Of a stretch of DNA of 64,000 nucleotides, positions 46,482 through 56,029 are shown piece after piece (position 1 is the stretch's first letter; every line of letters begins with the position of its first letter). The notes beneath the pieces are model-generated. The model ran no database searches and was not told the DNA's origin. It worked only from the letters and a program-made list of their open reading frames with translations. Both the position numbers and the translations under genes were made by a program. This stretch comes from an uncultured bacterium (lineage in GTDB: Bacteria; Oederibacteriota; Oederibacteriia; Oederibacteriales; Oederibacteriaceae). Location: the NCBI GenBank assembly GCA_965112635.1, contig OZ218778.1, positions 1,120,001 through 1,184,000 of the forward strand, read 5' to 3'.

Positions 46482-49052
46482 ATGCCTAACGGCGGAAATA
46501 ATCAACAGCCCAAAACACCTACGCTGAACCTGGACGATGTTGCCTGCCCCCTGCCGGAACTTTTCGCCAAACTAAAGACAACCGAGAACGGCTTGTCCGA
46601 TAAGGCGGCCCGCCAAAAGCTTTTGGAGGACGGACCGAATGAAGCGGTGGTGGAAAAAAAGCACGGAGTCCTTTTCCAATTCTTTTCCAAATTTCTCCAT
46701 CCCCTGGTGATCCTTTTACTGGTCATCGGGACCTTTTCTTTCATTTTTGACGAAAAAATCAGCGCCTCTATCGTCCTTCTTTTGGCGGTCATCAGCGTAT
46801 TCCTGACTTTTATCCAGGAGTACCGCTCCGGCAAGGAAGCGGAGAAGTTAAAACGTATGGTGCGGACCACGGCGACCGTATACCGGAACAACAAACAGCG
46901 GGAGATCCAGATACGGGATATAGTCCGGGGAGACGTGATCTATCTTTCCGCGGGCGATATGGTGCCGGCCGACCTGAGGATCATTTCATGCAAGGACCTG
47001 TTCATCAACCACTCGGCCCTGACCGGTGAATCGTTCCAGGTGGAAAAGACGGCAACGCCGCCGGCTGACCCCAAAAAACTTTCCCTGTCCGAATTAAATA
47101 ATATGGTGTTCATGGGCTCGAGCGTGGTGAGCGGGACCGCCAATGCCGTGGTGGTCAGCGCAGGGGCGTCCACGCAGTTCGGGGAGGTTTCCAGGCGCGT
47201 CTCGGCCACCGCTGTCCAGACCAGTTTTGACAAAGGGGTCAGGAAGTTCACCTGGGTCATGATACGCATCATGTCGGTCCTGGTCGTATTCATCTTTGGC
47301 GCCAATATGTTCCTCAAGGGAAACTTCAAGGATTCCCTCCTGTTCGCGCTTTGCGTGGCCGTAGGGCTGACGCCGGAGATGCTGCCCATGCTGGTCGCGC
47401 TGTGCCTGTCCAAAGGCGCCATCGCCATGTCGCGAAAAAGCGTGATCGTCAAGCGGCTGAACTCCATCCAGAATTTCGGGGCCATGGACGTGCTGTGCAC
47501 CGATAAAACAGGGACCCTGACGGAAGACAAGATCATCCTGGAAAAACACTGCGACGTGGTGCGGGAACAAAGCGACAATGTCCTGACCTACGCTTACCTC
47601 AACAGCTATTACCAGACGGGCTTGAAGAACATTTTGGACCGGGCCATCCTAAAATACGCCAAGCTGGCCCTGGAACAATACAAAAAGGTCGATGAAATTC
47701 CTTTTGATTTCGCCCGCCGGATCATGTCCGTGGTCGTGGAAAAGGACGGGCAGCACATTTTGATCGCCAAGGGGGCGCCTGAGGAGATCATCAAGAGATG
47801 CACTCATTATGAATTGGATAAAGAGGTCTTTGAAAAAGAGGAGCTGGTGCTGGCCGACCTTATCAAGGAGTGCGACTCCTTAAGCGCGGATGGGTTCAGG
47901 GTTTTGGCGATAGCCTATAAAAATTTCAAAGAAAAGAAAGAGGCATACTCCCGCAACGATGAAAGCGAAATGGTCCTGTTCGGCTACGTGGCTTTCCTGG
48001 ACCCTCCCAAGCTTAGCACCAAAAAGGCCATCCTGGGCCTGCAAAAGCTGGGCGTCCAGGTCAAGGTCCTGACCGGCGACAATGACCTGGTGACCCGTAA
48101 GATATGCGGCGAGGTAGGCCTCGATGTCCAGGGACTTCTCACGGGCCAGCAGATCGAGGGGATGACCGACCAGGAACTGCAGGAAAAGGTCAAAACGACC
48201 ACGGTTTTTGCCCGGTTGTCGCCTTTTCAAAAGGAAAAGGTCATCCACGCGCTTCATGCCAACAACCACATCGTGGGTTTTTTGGGGGACGGGATCAATG
48301 ACGCTCCGGCTTTAAAGACCGCGGACGTGGGCATCTCGGTCAATAACGCCGTAGATATCGCCAAGGAATCGGCGGATTTCATCCTCCTTAAAAAGAGCCT
48401 TATGGTCCTGCAGGACGGCGTCATCGAAGGCCGGAGGACATTCGGGAATATCGTCAAATACGTTCGTATGGGTGCCAGCTCCAATTTTGGGAATATGTTC
48501 AGTATGACCGGTTCCACTATGGTCCTGCCTTTCCTGCCCATGCTGCCCATCCAAATATTGTTGAATAATTTCTTGTACGACCTTTCACAGGCCCCTATCC
48601 CGACGGACCATGTGGATGATGTCTATGTCACTAAACCAAGACCATGGAACATAAAATCAATAAGAAATTTCATGTTCTGGTTCGGGCCGCTAAGCTCGAT
48701 TTTCGACTACGTGACCTTTGGTTTTCTGATGCTTATTGTCCATGCGCCGCAAGACCTGTTCCACACCACCTGGTTCCTGGAATCGTTATGCACCCAAACC
48801 ATGGTCATCTTCGTGATACGCACCACCGAGACGCCTTTTGTAAAAAGCTGGCCCAGCCTTCCTCTTTTAATTTCTTCGCTTGCGATCGTTTCTTTTGGGT
48901 TCTGGTTGCCTTTTTCGCCCTTTGCCAATGTTTTTGGGTTTGTCCAGCCGCCTTTGTTTTATATTGGAGCCATCCTTTTGATCACTCTCATTTACCTTGT
49001 ATTGGCGGAAATTTTGAAAAGGATATTTGCTAAGAAATACGGAGTAAATTGA
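46482..49052 (+). CDS. mgtA: Magnesium-translocating P-type ATPase
   Basis: TGES, 'VGLTPEMLPM', DKTGT, 'DEIPFDF.R', GDGINDAP, 'ASSNFGNMFS', 'NNFLYD'. Confidence 0.92.
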   Translation: MPNGGNNQQPKTPTLNLDDVACPLPELFAKLKTTENGLSDKAARQKLLEDGPNEAVVEKKHGVLFQFFSKFLHPLVILLLVIGTFSFIFDEKISASIVLLLAVISVFLTFIQEYRSGKEAEKLKRMVRTTATVYRNNKQREIQIRDIVRGDVIYLSAGDMVPADLRIISCKDLFINHSALTGESFQVEKTATPPADPKKLSLSELNNMVFMGSSVVSGTANAVVVSAGASTQFGEVSRRVSATAVQTSFDKGVRKFTWVMIRIMSVLVVFIFGANMFLKGNFKDSLLFALCVAVGLTPEMLPMLVALCLSKGAIAMSRKSVIVKRLNSIQNFGAMDVLCTDKTGTLTEDKIILEKHCDVVREQSDNVLTYAYLNSYYQTGLKNILDRAILKYAKLALEQYKKVDEIPFDFARRIMSVVVEKDGQHILIAKGAPEEIIKRCTHYELDKEVFEKEELVLADLIKECDSLSADGFRVLAIAYKNFKEKKEAYSRNDESEMVLFGYVAFLDPPKLSTKKAILGLQKLGVQVKVLTGDNDLVTRKICGEVGLDVQGLLTGQQIEGMTDQELQEKVKTTTVFARLSPFQKEKVIHALHANNHIVGFLGDGINDAPALKTADVGISVNNAVDIAKESADFILLKKSLMVLQDGVIEGRRTFGNIVKYVRMGASSNFGNMFSMTGSTMVLPFLPMLPIQILLNNFLYDLSQAPIPTDHVDDVYVTKPRPWNIKSIRNFMFWFGPLSSIFDYVTFGFLMLIVHAPQDLFHTTWFLESLCTQTMVIFVIRTTETPFVKSWPSLPLLISSLAIVSFGFWLPFSPFANVFGFVQPPLFYIGAILLITLIYLVLAEILKRIFAKKYGVN

Positions 49053-49085
49053 TACAACAAAAAAACAGAGGGAGGGGTCTTTAAA

Positions 49086-50162
49086 ATGAAACAGGTTTAT
49101 TTCTTGCCGCTGCTTGTTTTCGGATTGGTGGGTACTGGGTTTGGGCAGGGAACCGAAAGCCCCAAAGAACTTCCTGCAGCCACCAGCGCAAAACTTCCCC
49201 GCTGGAGAGGTTTTAATCTTTTAAATAAATTCACCTTGCGTGATAACAAACCTTTTGAAGAGTCTGATTTCCAGATTGTTTCCGAGCTGGGATTTAACTT
49301 TGTCAGGCTGCCCATGGATTACCGCTGCTGGATAGTCAAGGGGGACTGGGACCAGTTCAACGAGCAAGCCTTTAAGGAGATCGACCAGACCGTTACCTGG
49401 GGAAAGAAGTATCATGTCCATGTCAGCCTCAATTTCCACCGGGGGCCGGGTTACTGCGTCAACTCGCCCAAAGAGCCAACGGATCTATGGACCGATCCTG
49501 AATCCCAAGAAATATTCGCCAAGCACTGGGCTTTTTTTGCCAAAAGGTACCGCGGGATTCCCAATAGCCAATTGAGTTTTGACCTGCTCAATGAGCCGGG
49601 GGATATTGATGAAAAGTCCTATGTCCAGGCCATGACCAAGGCGGTCGAGGCCATCCGGCGTGAAGATCCGAGCCGGCTGATCATTGTGGAAGGAATAAAG
49701 TGGGGCAACCAGCCTGTGCCTGAATTGGCAGGGTTGGGTGTGGCCCAAAGCACGCGGGGTTACAATCCCATGAGCGTCAGCCACTACCGCGCTTCTTGGA
49801 TCAAAGGGTCGGACACCTGGACCGTGCCTAGCTGGCCGGTCCAGCCGGTCCATCCCGGCCCAACCTTTGACCGGAAAGCCCTGTGGAAACAGCAGATAGA
49901 GCCTTGGAAAAAGCTCGAAGCTCTAGGAGTTGGGGTCCATGTGGGGGAGTGGGGAGCTTTTAATAAAACACCGCACGAGGTTGTGCTGGCCTGGATGCGC
50001 GACTGTTTAGATAACTGGAAAAAGGCCGGATGGGGCTGGGCTCTATGGAACCTGCGGGGCAGTTTCGGCATCCTGGACAGCGAGCGGGCTGATGTGCAAT
50101 ACGAAGATTTTCATGGACATAAGCTGGACAGGAAGATGCTGGAACTGTTGCAGGCTTATTGA
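49086..50162 (+). CDS. Secreted glycoside hydrolase family 5
   Basis: Signal peptide; 'GFNFVRLP', NEP acid/base, 'VGEWG' nucleophile. Confidence 0.88.
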   Translation: MKQVYFLPLLVFGLVGTGFGQGTESPKELPAATSAKLPRWRGFNLLNKFTLRDNKPFEESDFQIVSELGFNFVRLPMDYRCWIVKGDWDQFNEQAFKEIDQTVTWGKKYHVHVSLNFHRGPGYCVNSPKEPTDLWTDPESQEIFAKHWAFFAKRYRGIPNSQLSFDLLNEPGDIDEKSYVQAMTKAVEAIRREDPSRLIIVEGIKWGNQPVPELAGLGVAQSTRGYNPMSVSHYRASWIKGSDTWTVPSWPVQPVHPGPTFDRKALWKQQIEPWKKLEALGVGVHVGEWGAFNKTPHEVVLAWMRDCLDNWKKAGWGWALWNLRGSFGILDSERADVQYEDFHGHKLDRKMLELLQAY

Positions 50163-50192
50163 CCGCTCTATTTGATCCGGTTCCGTATTAAT

Positions 50193-51326
50193 TCAAAAGG
50201 TAAAGCCTAGATCAAGAAGTCTTTGTTTCTGGTTGTCCACCAAGCCTTGGGTCCTCAGCCGTGTGTTAAAGAATTCCCTGCGCCGGTAATTTTTTCGCAG
50301 GCCGTCGAAATATTTGGCTCTTTCTTCTTGAGGCAGGCTGGCCTGCTTGCGCAAGTTGGAGTCGTCATTTTCTATGTTATATAGTTTTTGGACAACCTCC
50401 CCGACCTTTTCCAAAAAATTTTCCTTATTTAAAGAGATATCCAAAGAGGGGATGTCGACGGGGGGGAGTTGTGGTTGCCAGGATGGCGAAGTTCCCAAAA
50501 ACTTGCACAGGGCCTGATAGATCAATGAGGTGCCATTAGTTTTACCTTCCAAAGAAAGGCCCGCGATGTGAGCGGTCCCTAGTTCAACCAGCGATAAAAG
50601 TTCCAAGTCGATCAGGGGTTCAGTAAACCATACGTCGAGCATGGCCGCGGAAAGCTGGCCGGATCTAAGCGCCTGCTTGAGGGACGGCTCTTCCACGACC
50701 TGGCCGCGGCAAGAGTTGATGAGGATACTCCCTCGTTTCATTTTGGCGAGCCGCTGGCTGTCAAAGAAAAGCCGGGTGGCGTCCGGTCCGTCCGTGTTTA
50801 AGGGGACATGCAAAGTGATGATATCGCAGTTCATCAGGTCATCCAAAGGCAGGAATTCCGGGTCATGAGTTTGGCGGGCCAGCGGGGGGTCGTTGCAAAG
50901 GACTTTGATACCCAGGGCCCGCGCTTTTTTTACGACCTTGTTCCCCACATTGCCAACTCCGACCACACCCAAAGTTATTTGGGGGATGTTTGTCCTGCCC
51001 CTGCGGTGCAACGCCAACAGGCCGGCTACAATATATTCAGCGACCGAGTTGGAGTTGCCTCCGGCCGCGTGGGCAAAACCGATATTTTTTGATCGTAAAT
51101 AAGTCATATCCACATGTTCGAAACCGGCTGTCGCCGTGCCGACGAACTTGACCTTGCTGTTATCCAGCAAACCTTTGTTGACCTTGGTCACGTGGCGGCA
51201 TATCAAGATGTCGGTATCCCGGACGGTTTCCGGGGTAATCTCCCGCCCCGGAAGGATGCGGATATCGCCAAACGAACGAAATGCTTCTTTGGCCAAAGGA
51301 ATGTTTTCGTCGATGAGCAGCTTTAT
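50193..51326 (-). CDS. pdxB: Erythronate-4-phosphate dehydrogenase
   Basis: N-terminus (I)KLLIDENIP read from ATA at 51326; 'FVGTATAGFEHVD', GVGNVG, 'TLHVPL', 'HIAGLSLEGK', C-terminal 'FDGLRKNYRRREF'. Confidence 0.88.
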   Translation of the reverse strand: MKLLIDENIPLAKEAFRSFGDIRILPGREITPETVRDTDILICRHVTKVNKGLLDNSKVKFVGTATAGFEHVDMTYLRSKNIGFAHAAGGNSNSVAEYIVAGLLALHRRGRTNIPQITLGVVGVGNVGNKVVKKARALGIKVLCNDPPLARQTHDPEFLPLDDLMNCDIITLHVPLNTDGPDATRLFFDSQRLAKMKRGSILINSCRGQVVEEPSLKQALRSGQLSAAMLDVWFTEPLIDLELLSLVELGTAHIAGLSLEGKTNGTSLIYQALCKFLGTSPSWQPQLPPVDIPSLDISLNKENFLEKVGEVVQKLYNIENDDSNLRKQASLPQEERAKYFDGLRKNYRRREFFNTRLRTQGLVDNQKQRLLDLGFTF

Positions 51327-51653
51327 GTTATTTACCTCTCTTGTCTTAAAATAAACTCAGGATAAGTAAAACCCCAAAGACCTCTAAGCGGATTATATAG
51401 TATTTCTTATTACCTATCTCTTGCGCAGGGGAAAAAATATGATACACTCTTTGAAAATTACGGCAGGAAATTTTCTGCCAAGAAGAAAGGGAACACGCCA
51501 CTATAATCGTTTGGGGAGCCAAGGAACACTTAAGTTTCATTGTTAAAATTAAAAGGTTTTCTCGAAAAAGCCAACGCAGGGGGGTTTTTGTTTCCGAAAG
51601 GGAACAAAATGCTGCGCTGGCTTTTTTAATTTATACAGATTGAGGAGGTCGAA

Positions 51654-53420
51654 ATGGCCACACCTGTAGAAAAATGGGTCGAAGAGCAAGCGGCCTTAGC
51701 CAAGCCGAAGAAGATTCATTGGTGCGACGGCTCCGAGGAAGAAGCCCGCAAGCTGATCGAAATCGGGATGAACGAAGAGAAGATCAATGGGGTTCCGATT
51801 TTCCAGAAGCTCAACCAGGAGAAATGGCCCAATGCTTATTATCACCAGAGCCATCCGACGGATGTTGCCCGGACTGAACATTTAACTTTTATCTGCCATC
51901 CTGATAAAGAATCCGCGGGCCCTAACAACAACTGGATGGAACCGGGAGAAGCCAAAAAGGTACTGACCGGATTGACGGATGGATGCATGAAAGACAGGAC
52001 CATGTATGTCCTTCCTTATATGATGGGAAATCCGGATTCTCCGTATGCTAAACCTACGGTCCAGCTGACCGATGTCAGTTATGTTGCTGTCAGCATGAGG
52101 ATCATGACCCGCAAAGGCAAAGCGGTCACGGAAAAGATCGGGCACAGTGACTATTTTTATAAAGGGATCCATTCGGTCGGCGATCTAGACCCTAATAGGC
52201 GCTATATCATGCATTTCCCCCAGGAAAATTTGGTATGGAGCATTGGTTCGGGCTACGGAGGAAATGCTTTGCTGGGCAAAAAATGTTTTTCCCTGCGCAT
52301 CGCTTCATGGGAAGGGTCCCAGCAGGGATGGCTGGCCGAACATATGGTGATCTTGGGAATCGAGGACCCTCAAGGCAAGGTCACCTATGTCACCGCGGCG
52401 CTGCCCTCGGCTTGCGGCAAAACCAATCTCGCCATGATGCAATCGGCTCTGCCGGGTTACAAGATCTGGACCCTGGGCGATGATATAGCCTGGCTGAATG
52501 TGGGGCCAGACGGCAGATTATACGCCATTAATCCAGAGCTTGGATTTTTTGGCGTAGCCCCAGGCACTTCGATGAAGACCAACCCTAATATGATGCGGAC
52601 TTTAAAAGCCACTAAATTTTATCCCACGCTTTACACCAATACGGCCATCAATCTCGATACCAATGAGCCGTGGTGGGAGGGTCTTGACGGGGATATCCCC
52701 AAAAATTTGAAAGACTGGCAAGGCAAACCTTGGAATGCCTCAGGGGGCACCAAGGCCGCTCATCCTAATTCACGATTCACGGTCTCCATCTATAACGCGC
52801 CCACGCTTTCGCCGGAGTTCGACAACCCCAGGGGTGTGCCCATATCCGCCATGCTGTTCGGATGCAAACGCACCCAGCTTATTCCCCTGGTCATGGAGGC
52901 TTTTAACTGGCAGAACGGGGTTTTTGCCGGGGCTCGTGTGGGGTCGGAAACAACCGCGGCGGCAGCTGGACAAGTTGGCGTTTTACGGAAGGACCCCATG
53001 TCCATGATTCCGTTCTGCGGTTACAACATGGGGGATTACTTCGGGCATTGGTTAGCCATGGGCGCTAAAATGAAGCACCCACCCAAGATCTATTCTGTCA
53101 ACTGGTTCAGGACCGACGAGCAAGGCCAGTATATTTGGCCGGGTTTTGGCGAGAACATCCGCGTGTTGAAATGGATCGTGGACAGGGTCAACGGCAAGGT
53201 GGGCGCGAGGGAAACTGCTTTGGGTTTGGTCCCCGAATTGAAGGACCTTGATCTGGGAGGCCTTAAGATCACGGCTGATAAAATGACAAAATTGCTTGAG
53301 GTCAACCCTGCTGACTGGCGCCAGGAATTAGATGATACCGAGAAATTTTTCAGCCAGTTTGGAGGCCATTTGCCTCCAGAGATGCAGCAAGAGCTGAGAA
53401 AAGCTAAAGGGATAAAGTAA
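51654..53420 (+). CDS. pckG: Phosphoenolpyruvate carboxykinase (GTP)
   Basis: 'GSGYGGNALLGKKC', 'PSACGKTNLAM', 'GDDIAW', 'AHPNSRF', 'VNWFR'. Confidence 0.96.
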   Translation: MATPVEKWVEEQAALAKPKKIHWCDGSEEEARKLIEIGMNEEKINGVPIFQKLNQEKWPNAYYHQSHPTDVARTEHLTFICHPDKESAGPNNNWMEPGEAKKVLTGLTDGCMKDRTMYVLPYMMGNPDSPYAKPTVQLTDVSYVAVSMRIMTRKGKAVTEKIGHSDYFYKGIHSVGDLDPNRRYIMHFPQENLVWSIGSGYGGNALLGKKCFSLRIASWEGSQQGWLAEHMVILGIEDPQGKVTYVTAALPSACGKTNLAMMQSALPGYKIWTLGDDIAWLNVGPDGRLYAINPELGFFGVAPGTSMKTNPNMMRTLKATKFYPTLYTNTAINLDTNEPWWEGLDGDIPKNLKDWQGKPWNASGGTKAAHPNSRFTVSIYNAPTLSPEFDNPRGVPISAMLFGCKRTQLIPLVMEAFNWQNGVFAGARVGSETTAAAAGQVGVLRKDPMSMIPFCGYNMGDYFGHWLAMGAKMKHPPKIYSVNWFRTDEQGQYIWPGFGENIRVLKWIVDRVNGKVGARETALGLVPELKDLDLGGLKITADKMTKLLEVNPADWRQELDDTEKFFSQFGGHLPPEMQQELRKAKGIK

Positions 53421-53439
53421 CCAAACAGTCTTTATCTTG

Positions 53440-53476
53440 AAAAAGGCAGCTATCACTTATGAGGGCTGCCTTTTTT
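53440..53476 (+). terminator. Intrinsic terminator after pckG
   Basis: AAAAAGGCAGC..GCTGCCTTTTTT. Confidence 0.85.
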
Positions 53477-53582
53477 GTTTTGTAAACTATTTAGAGCTTT
53501 AAAAAAACAGGAAAAAGGCATATTATTGGCTCGTTTGCGTAGATTTTCACCATATTTACATAAGGGGTAGTTCTGTTCTGGG

Positions 53583-53659
53583 GCGCCCATAGCTCAGTTG
53601 GATAGAGCGAATGACTACGAATCATTAGGCCAGAGGTTCGAATCCTCTTGGGCGCACCA
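53583..53659 (+). tRNA. tRNA-Arg (ACG)
   Basis: GCGCCCA/TGGGCGC acceptor stem, anticodon loop CTACGAA, GTTCGAATC, encoded CCA. Confidence 0.97.
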
Positions 53660-53730
53660 TAAAGGTCTTTATAAGAAATATAATTTTATGTTATACTTGT
53701 TTTACTATTATTATATCTGAGGAGGAAAGC

Positions 53731-53898
53731 ATGCCAGTCGTTGAAGAGTCGGAATACAAAGGCAGCCCTGTTTTAATTTTGAAAGTCAGTGAGGAAGACA
53801 GGTTCCCTTTTAATTTTGGCTTAAGGAAAGCCAAGCTTATTCTGGACCACATCGAAGATATCAAGCGTTTTGTCCAAAAGCATAACAAAACCAAGTAA
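53731..53898 (+). CDS. Small hypothetical protein (55 aa), below the ORF-track cutoff
   Basis: GAGGAGG SD; MPVVEESEYKGSPVLILKVSEEDRFPFNFGLRKAKLILDHIEDIKRFVQKHNKTK. Confidence 0.8.
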   Translation: MPVVEESEYKGSPVLILKVSEEDRFPFNFGLRKAKLILDHIEDIKRFVQKHNKTK

Positions 53899-54093
53899 TA
53901 ACCGGTCTCCTCAAATTAAAGCTCCGGGTCTTCTTAGGCCTTAATACAAAGCTATGGCCGTTCCTTTATTGTTGTCATGCCCAAGCCTTGAATTTGCTGC
54001 CTCTTATTGCCCCTTTTTATCTGATTGCTATTCGGCTTGATTTTTTCCCAACACTCCATTATTTTTACAACATCCTTGGATAGGAGGTTTGTC

Positions 54094-54414
54094 ATGGAGG
54101 AAGCATCCAGTCTGATCCCTTTGGGGAACAGCCTTTATTTTGATTCTCACCGCAAATTGATCGTAGAAAAAAAAGGTGAGGTAATGAAGGTCGTCGAGAC
54201 GGATCGCAGGCGCCAAAACAGGCCTGTTACCGTTGAAAAAAGGGTTTTACCTTCCGAAGATAACTCGCAATGGGTATCCCTGGGCCAGGGGCTGTATTTT
54301 GACAAGCAGCAAAAAGTGCTCATGAAAAAGATGGGTTCCAGGATGGTGCTTTATAGCCGGGACAGAAGGAAAGAACGCCGTCCCATCTCTCAGGAGAGAA
54401 GAAAGCAGTCTTAA
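54094..54414 (+). CDS. Hypothetical protein made of two ~50-aa repeats with Arg-rich DRR motifs
   Basis: AGGAGG SD before ATG 54094; repeated 'LG..LYFD...K' and 'DRR...RP...E.R'. Confidence 0.75.
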   Translation: MEEASSLIPLGNSLYFDSHRKLIVEKKGEVMKVVETDRRRQNRPVTVEKRVLPSEDNSQWVSLGQGLYFDKQQKVLMKKMGSRMVLYSRDRRKERRPISQERRKQS

Positions 54415-54430
54415 TTTCAAGTTCGTTGAT

Positions 54431-54506
54431 GGGGCAGTAGCTCAGTTGGGAGAGCGCCGCGTTCGCAACGCGGAGGCCGGCGGTTCGATCCCGCTCTGCT
54501 CCACCA
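54431..54506 (+). tRNA. tRNA-Ala (CGC)
   Basis: GGGGCAG/CTGCTCC with G3:U70, anticodon loop TTCGCAA, CCA end. Confidence 0.97.
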
Positions 54507-54577
54507 TTTTTCTGTTTTTAGCCGCGGGATCTTTTGGTCCGGGCTTGATCTGTTGCAATGGAATCTTGGTTCATTGG

Positions 54578-54667
<90 letters not shown>

Positions 54668-54775
54668 CTTTTTGCCTTGCAAAAAGTGGCGAGACCTCGT
54701 TATTTTAAAAAAATGACGGGTCCGCCATTTTCTCGTAACGCATTCATGCTGGGATGTTGGGCTCAAAGTTGGGAT

Positions 54776-54865
54776 GGAGAGATGGCCGAGTGGTCGAAGG
54801 CGGCAGACTCGAAATCTGTTATACCCGCAAGGGTATCGGGGGTTCAAATCCCTCTCTCTCCGCCA
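54776..54865 (+). tRNA. tRNA-Ser (CGA)
   Basis: GGAGAGA/TCTCTCC, loop CTCGAAA, long variable arm, GCCA end. Confidence 0.96.
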
Positions 54866-55012
54866 CTTTATGCAAAACAAAAAGTTGCGGGATCTCGTCA
54901 TGTTAAAAAGTGAAATGGCAGACCCGCCATTTTTCATTGCTTATTAATCTATGGGGATTTCAAAAAATATTTACGGAATTTATGGAGCCTAACGAGGGAT
55001 GGGAGAATAGTC

Positions 55013-56011
55013 GTGCCGGTTGGAAGCGACAGTAATGCCAATCCCGCTAGTTTTCATGAAGCGGGCGGAGATGCCGAAAAAGTATTATTAGAGCAGCTCA
55101 AGCAAGTCGCTGGGGTGAAAACGCAGGAGCGGCGCCTGACCTCGGTTCTTCACAACCTGGCCGAATTCTACCGGATAGGTAGCCGGTTTGCAGAGGCTGA
55201 GCCATTGTATGCCAGGGCATTGGAGATCAGGGTTAGGATCCTGGGGCCCAAACATCCTGATGTTGCTTCCATTTGGCACAATCTAGCCCTTCTGTATCAA
55301 TCCCAAGGAAAATATAACGAAGCGGAAAAGATGTTCAATAAGGCCCTTGTCATCAGGGAAAAAGCCTTGGGGTCAAAGCATGAGGAAGTCGCTTCTGTAT
55401 TGAACAACATGGCCTTGCTTTATAAAGCCCAGGGCAAATACTCCGTAGCTGAAAAATTGTTCAAAAGGGCCCTGGATATTTACGAGCGGGCCTTGGGGGC
55501 GGAGCATCCCAAAGCTATTACAACCTTGAATAATCTGGTAGCTTTATATCATGCTGATGGAAAATATGCGCAGGCAGAGCCGCTTTACAGGCAGCTTTTA
55601 GAGGTCCGGCAAAAGACCCTGGGCAGGGATCATCCCGAGGTCGCCACGGTTTTAAATAACCTGGCAGGTTTGTACCGTACCAAGCGAAAGTTCCTGGAAG
55701 CCGAACCTTTATACAGGCGGGCACTCAGTATCTATGAGCGGTTATTAGGCCGGGAACATCCGGACACAGCCACTATTCTCAATAATCTTGCAGGGCTTTA
55801 TAATGATCAAGGCAAGCATGCGGAGGCCGAACCTCTTTATCGACGAGCTTTGACCATCCGGGAAAGGGTTCTAGGGAAAGACCACTTGGATGTGGCTATC
55901 ACCTTGGAGCAGTACGCATCCCTTTTAAAGGCAACGAACCGCGAGGATAAAGCGGAAATTTTGGAAAAGAAAGCTCAGGAAATCCAGTTAAGATACTCGC
56001 AGCTGAAGTAA
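55013..56011 (+). CDS. Tetratricopeptide repeat protein (42-aa kinesin-light-chain-type repeats)
   Basis: Repeated 'HP.VA..LNNLA.LY..QGKY.EAEPLY.RAL.IRE..LG'. Confidence 0.92.
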   Translation: MPVGSDSNANPASFHEAGGDAEKVLLEQLKQVAGVKTQERRLTSVLHNLAEFYRIGSRFAEAEPLYARALEIRVRILGPKHPDVASIWHNLALLYQSQGKYNEAEKMFNKALVIREKALGSKHEEVASVLNNMALLYKAQGKYSVAEKLFKRALDIYERALGAEHPKAITTLNNLVALYHADGKYAQAEPLYRQLLEVRQKTLGRDHPEVATVLNNLAGLYRTKRKFLEAEPLYRRALSIYERLLGREHPDTATILNNLAGLYNDQGKHAEAEPLYRRALTIRERVLGKDHLDVAITLEQYASLLKATNREDKAEILEKKAQEIQLRYSQLK

Positions 56012-56029
56012 CAGGTTTAAAGGTGGAAA

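Noticed and set aside
51565-51627. c-di-GMP-I (GEMM) riboswitch
   Set aside because: Has a GAAA tetraloop but lacks the GCAAA..GACGCAAAG core and the second stem; kept only as an unassigned hairpin
53691-53894. Minus-strand 67-aa ORF
   Set aside because: Antisense to the SD-supported 55-aa plus-strand gene at 53731-53898
55013-56011. DNA-level periodicity of about 126 bp
   Set aside because: Explained by 42-aa TPR protein repeats
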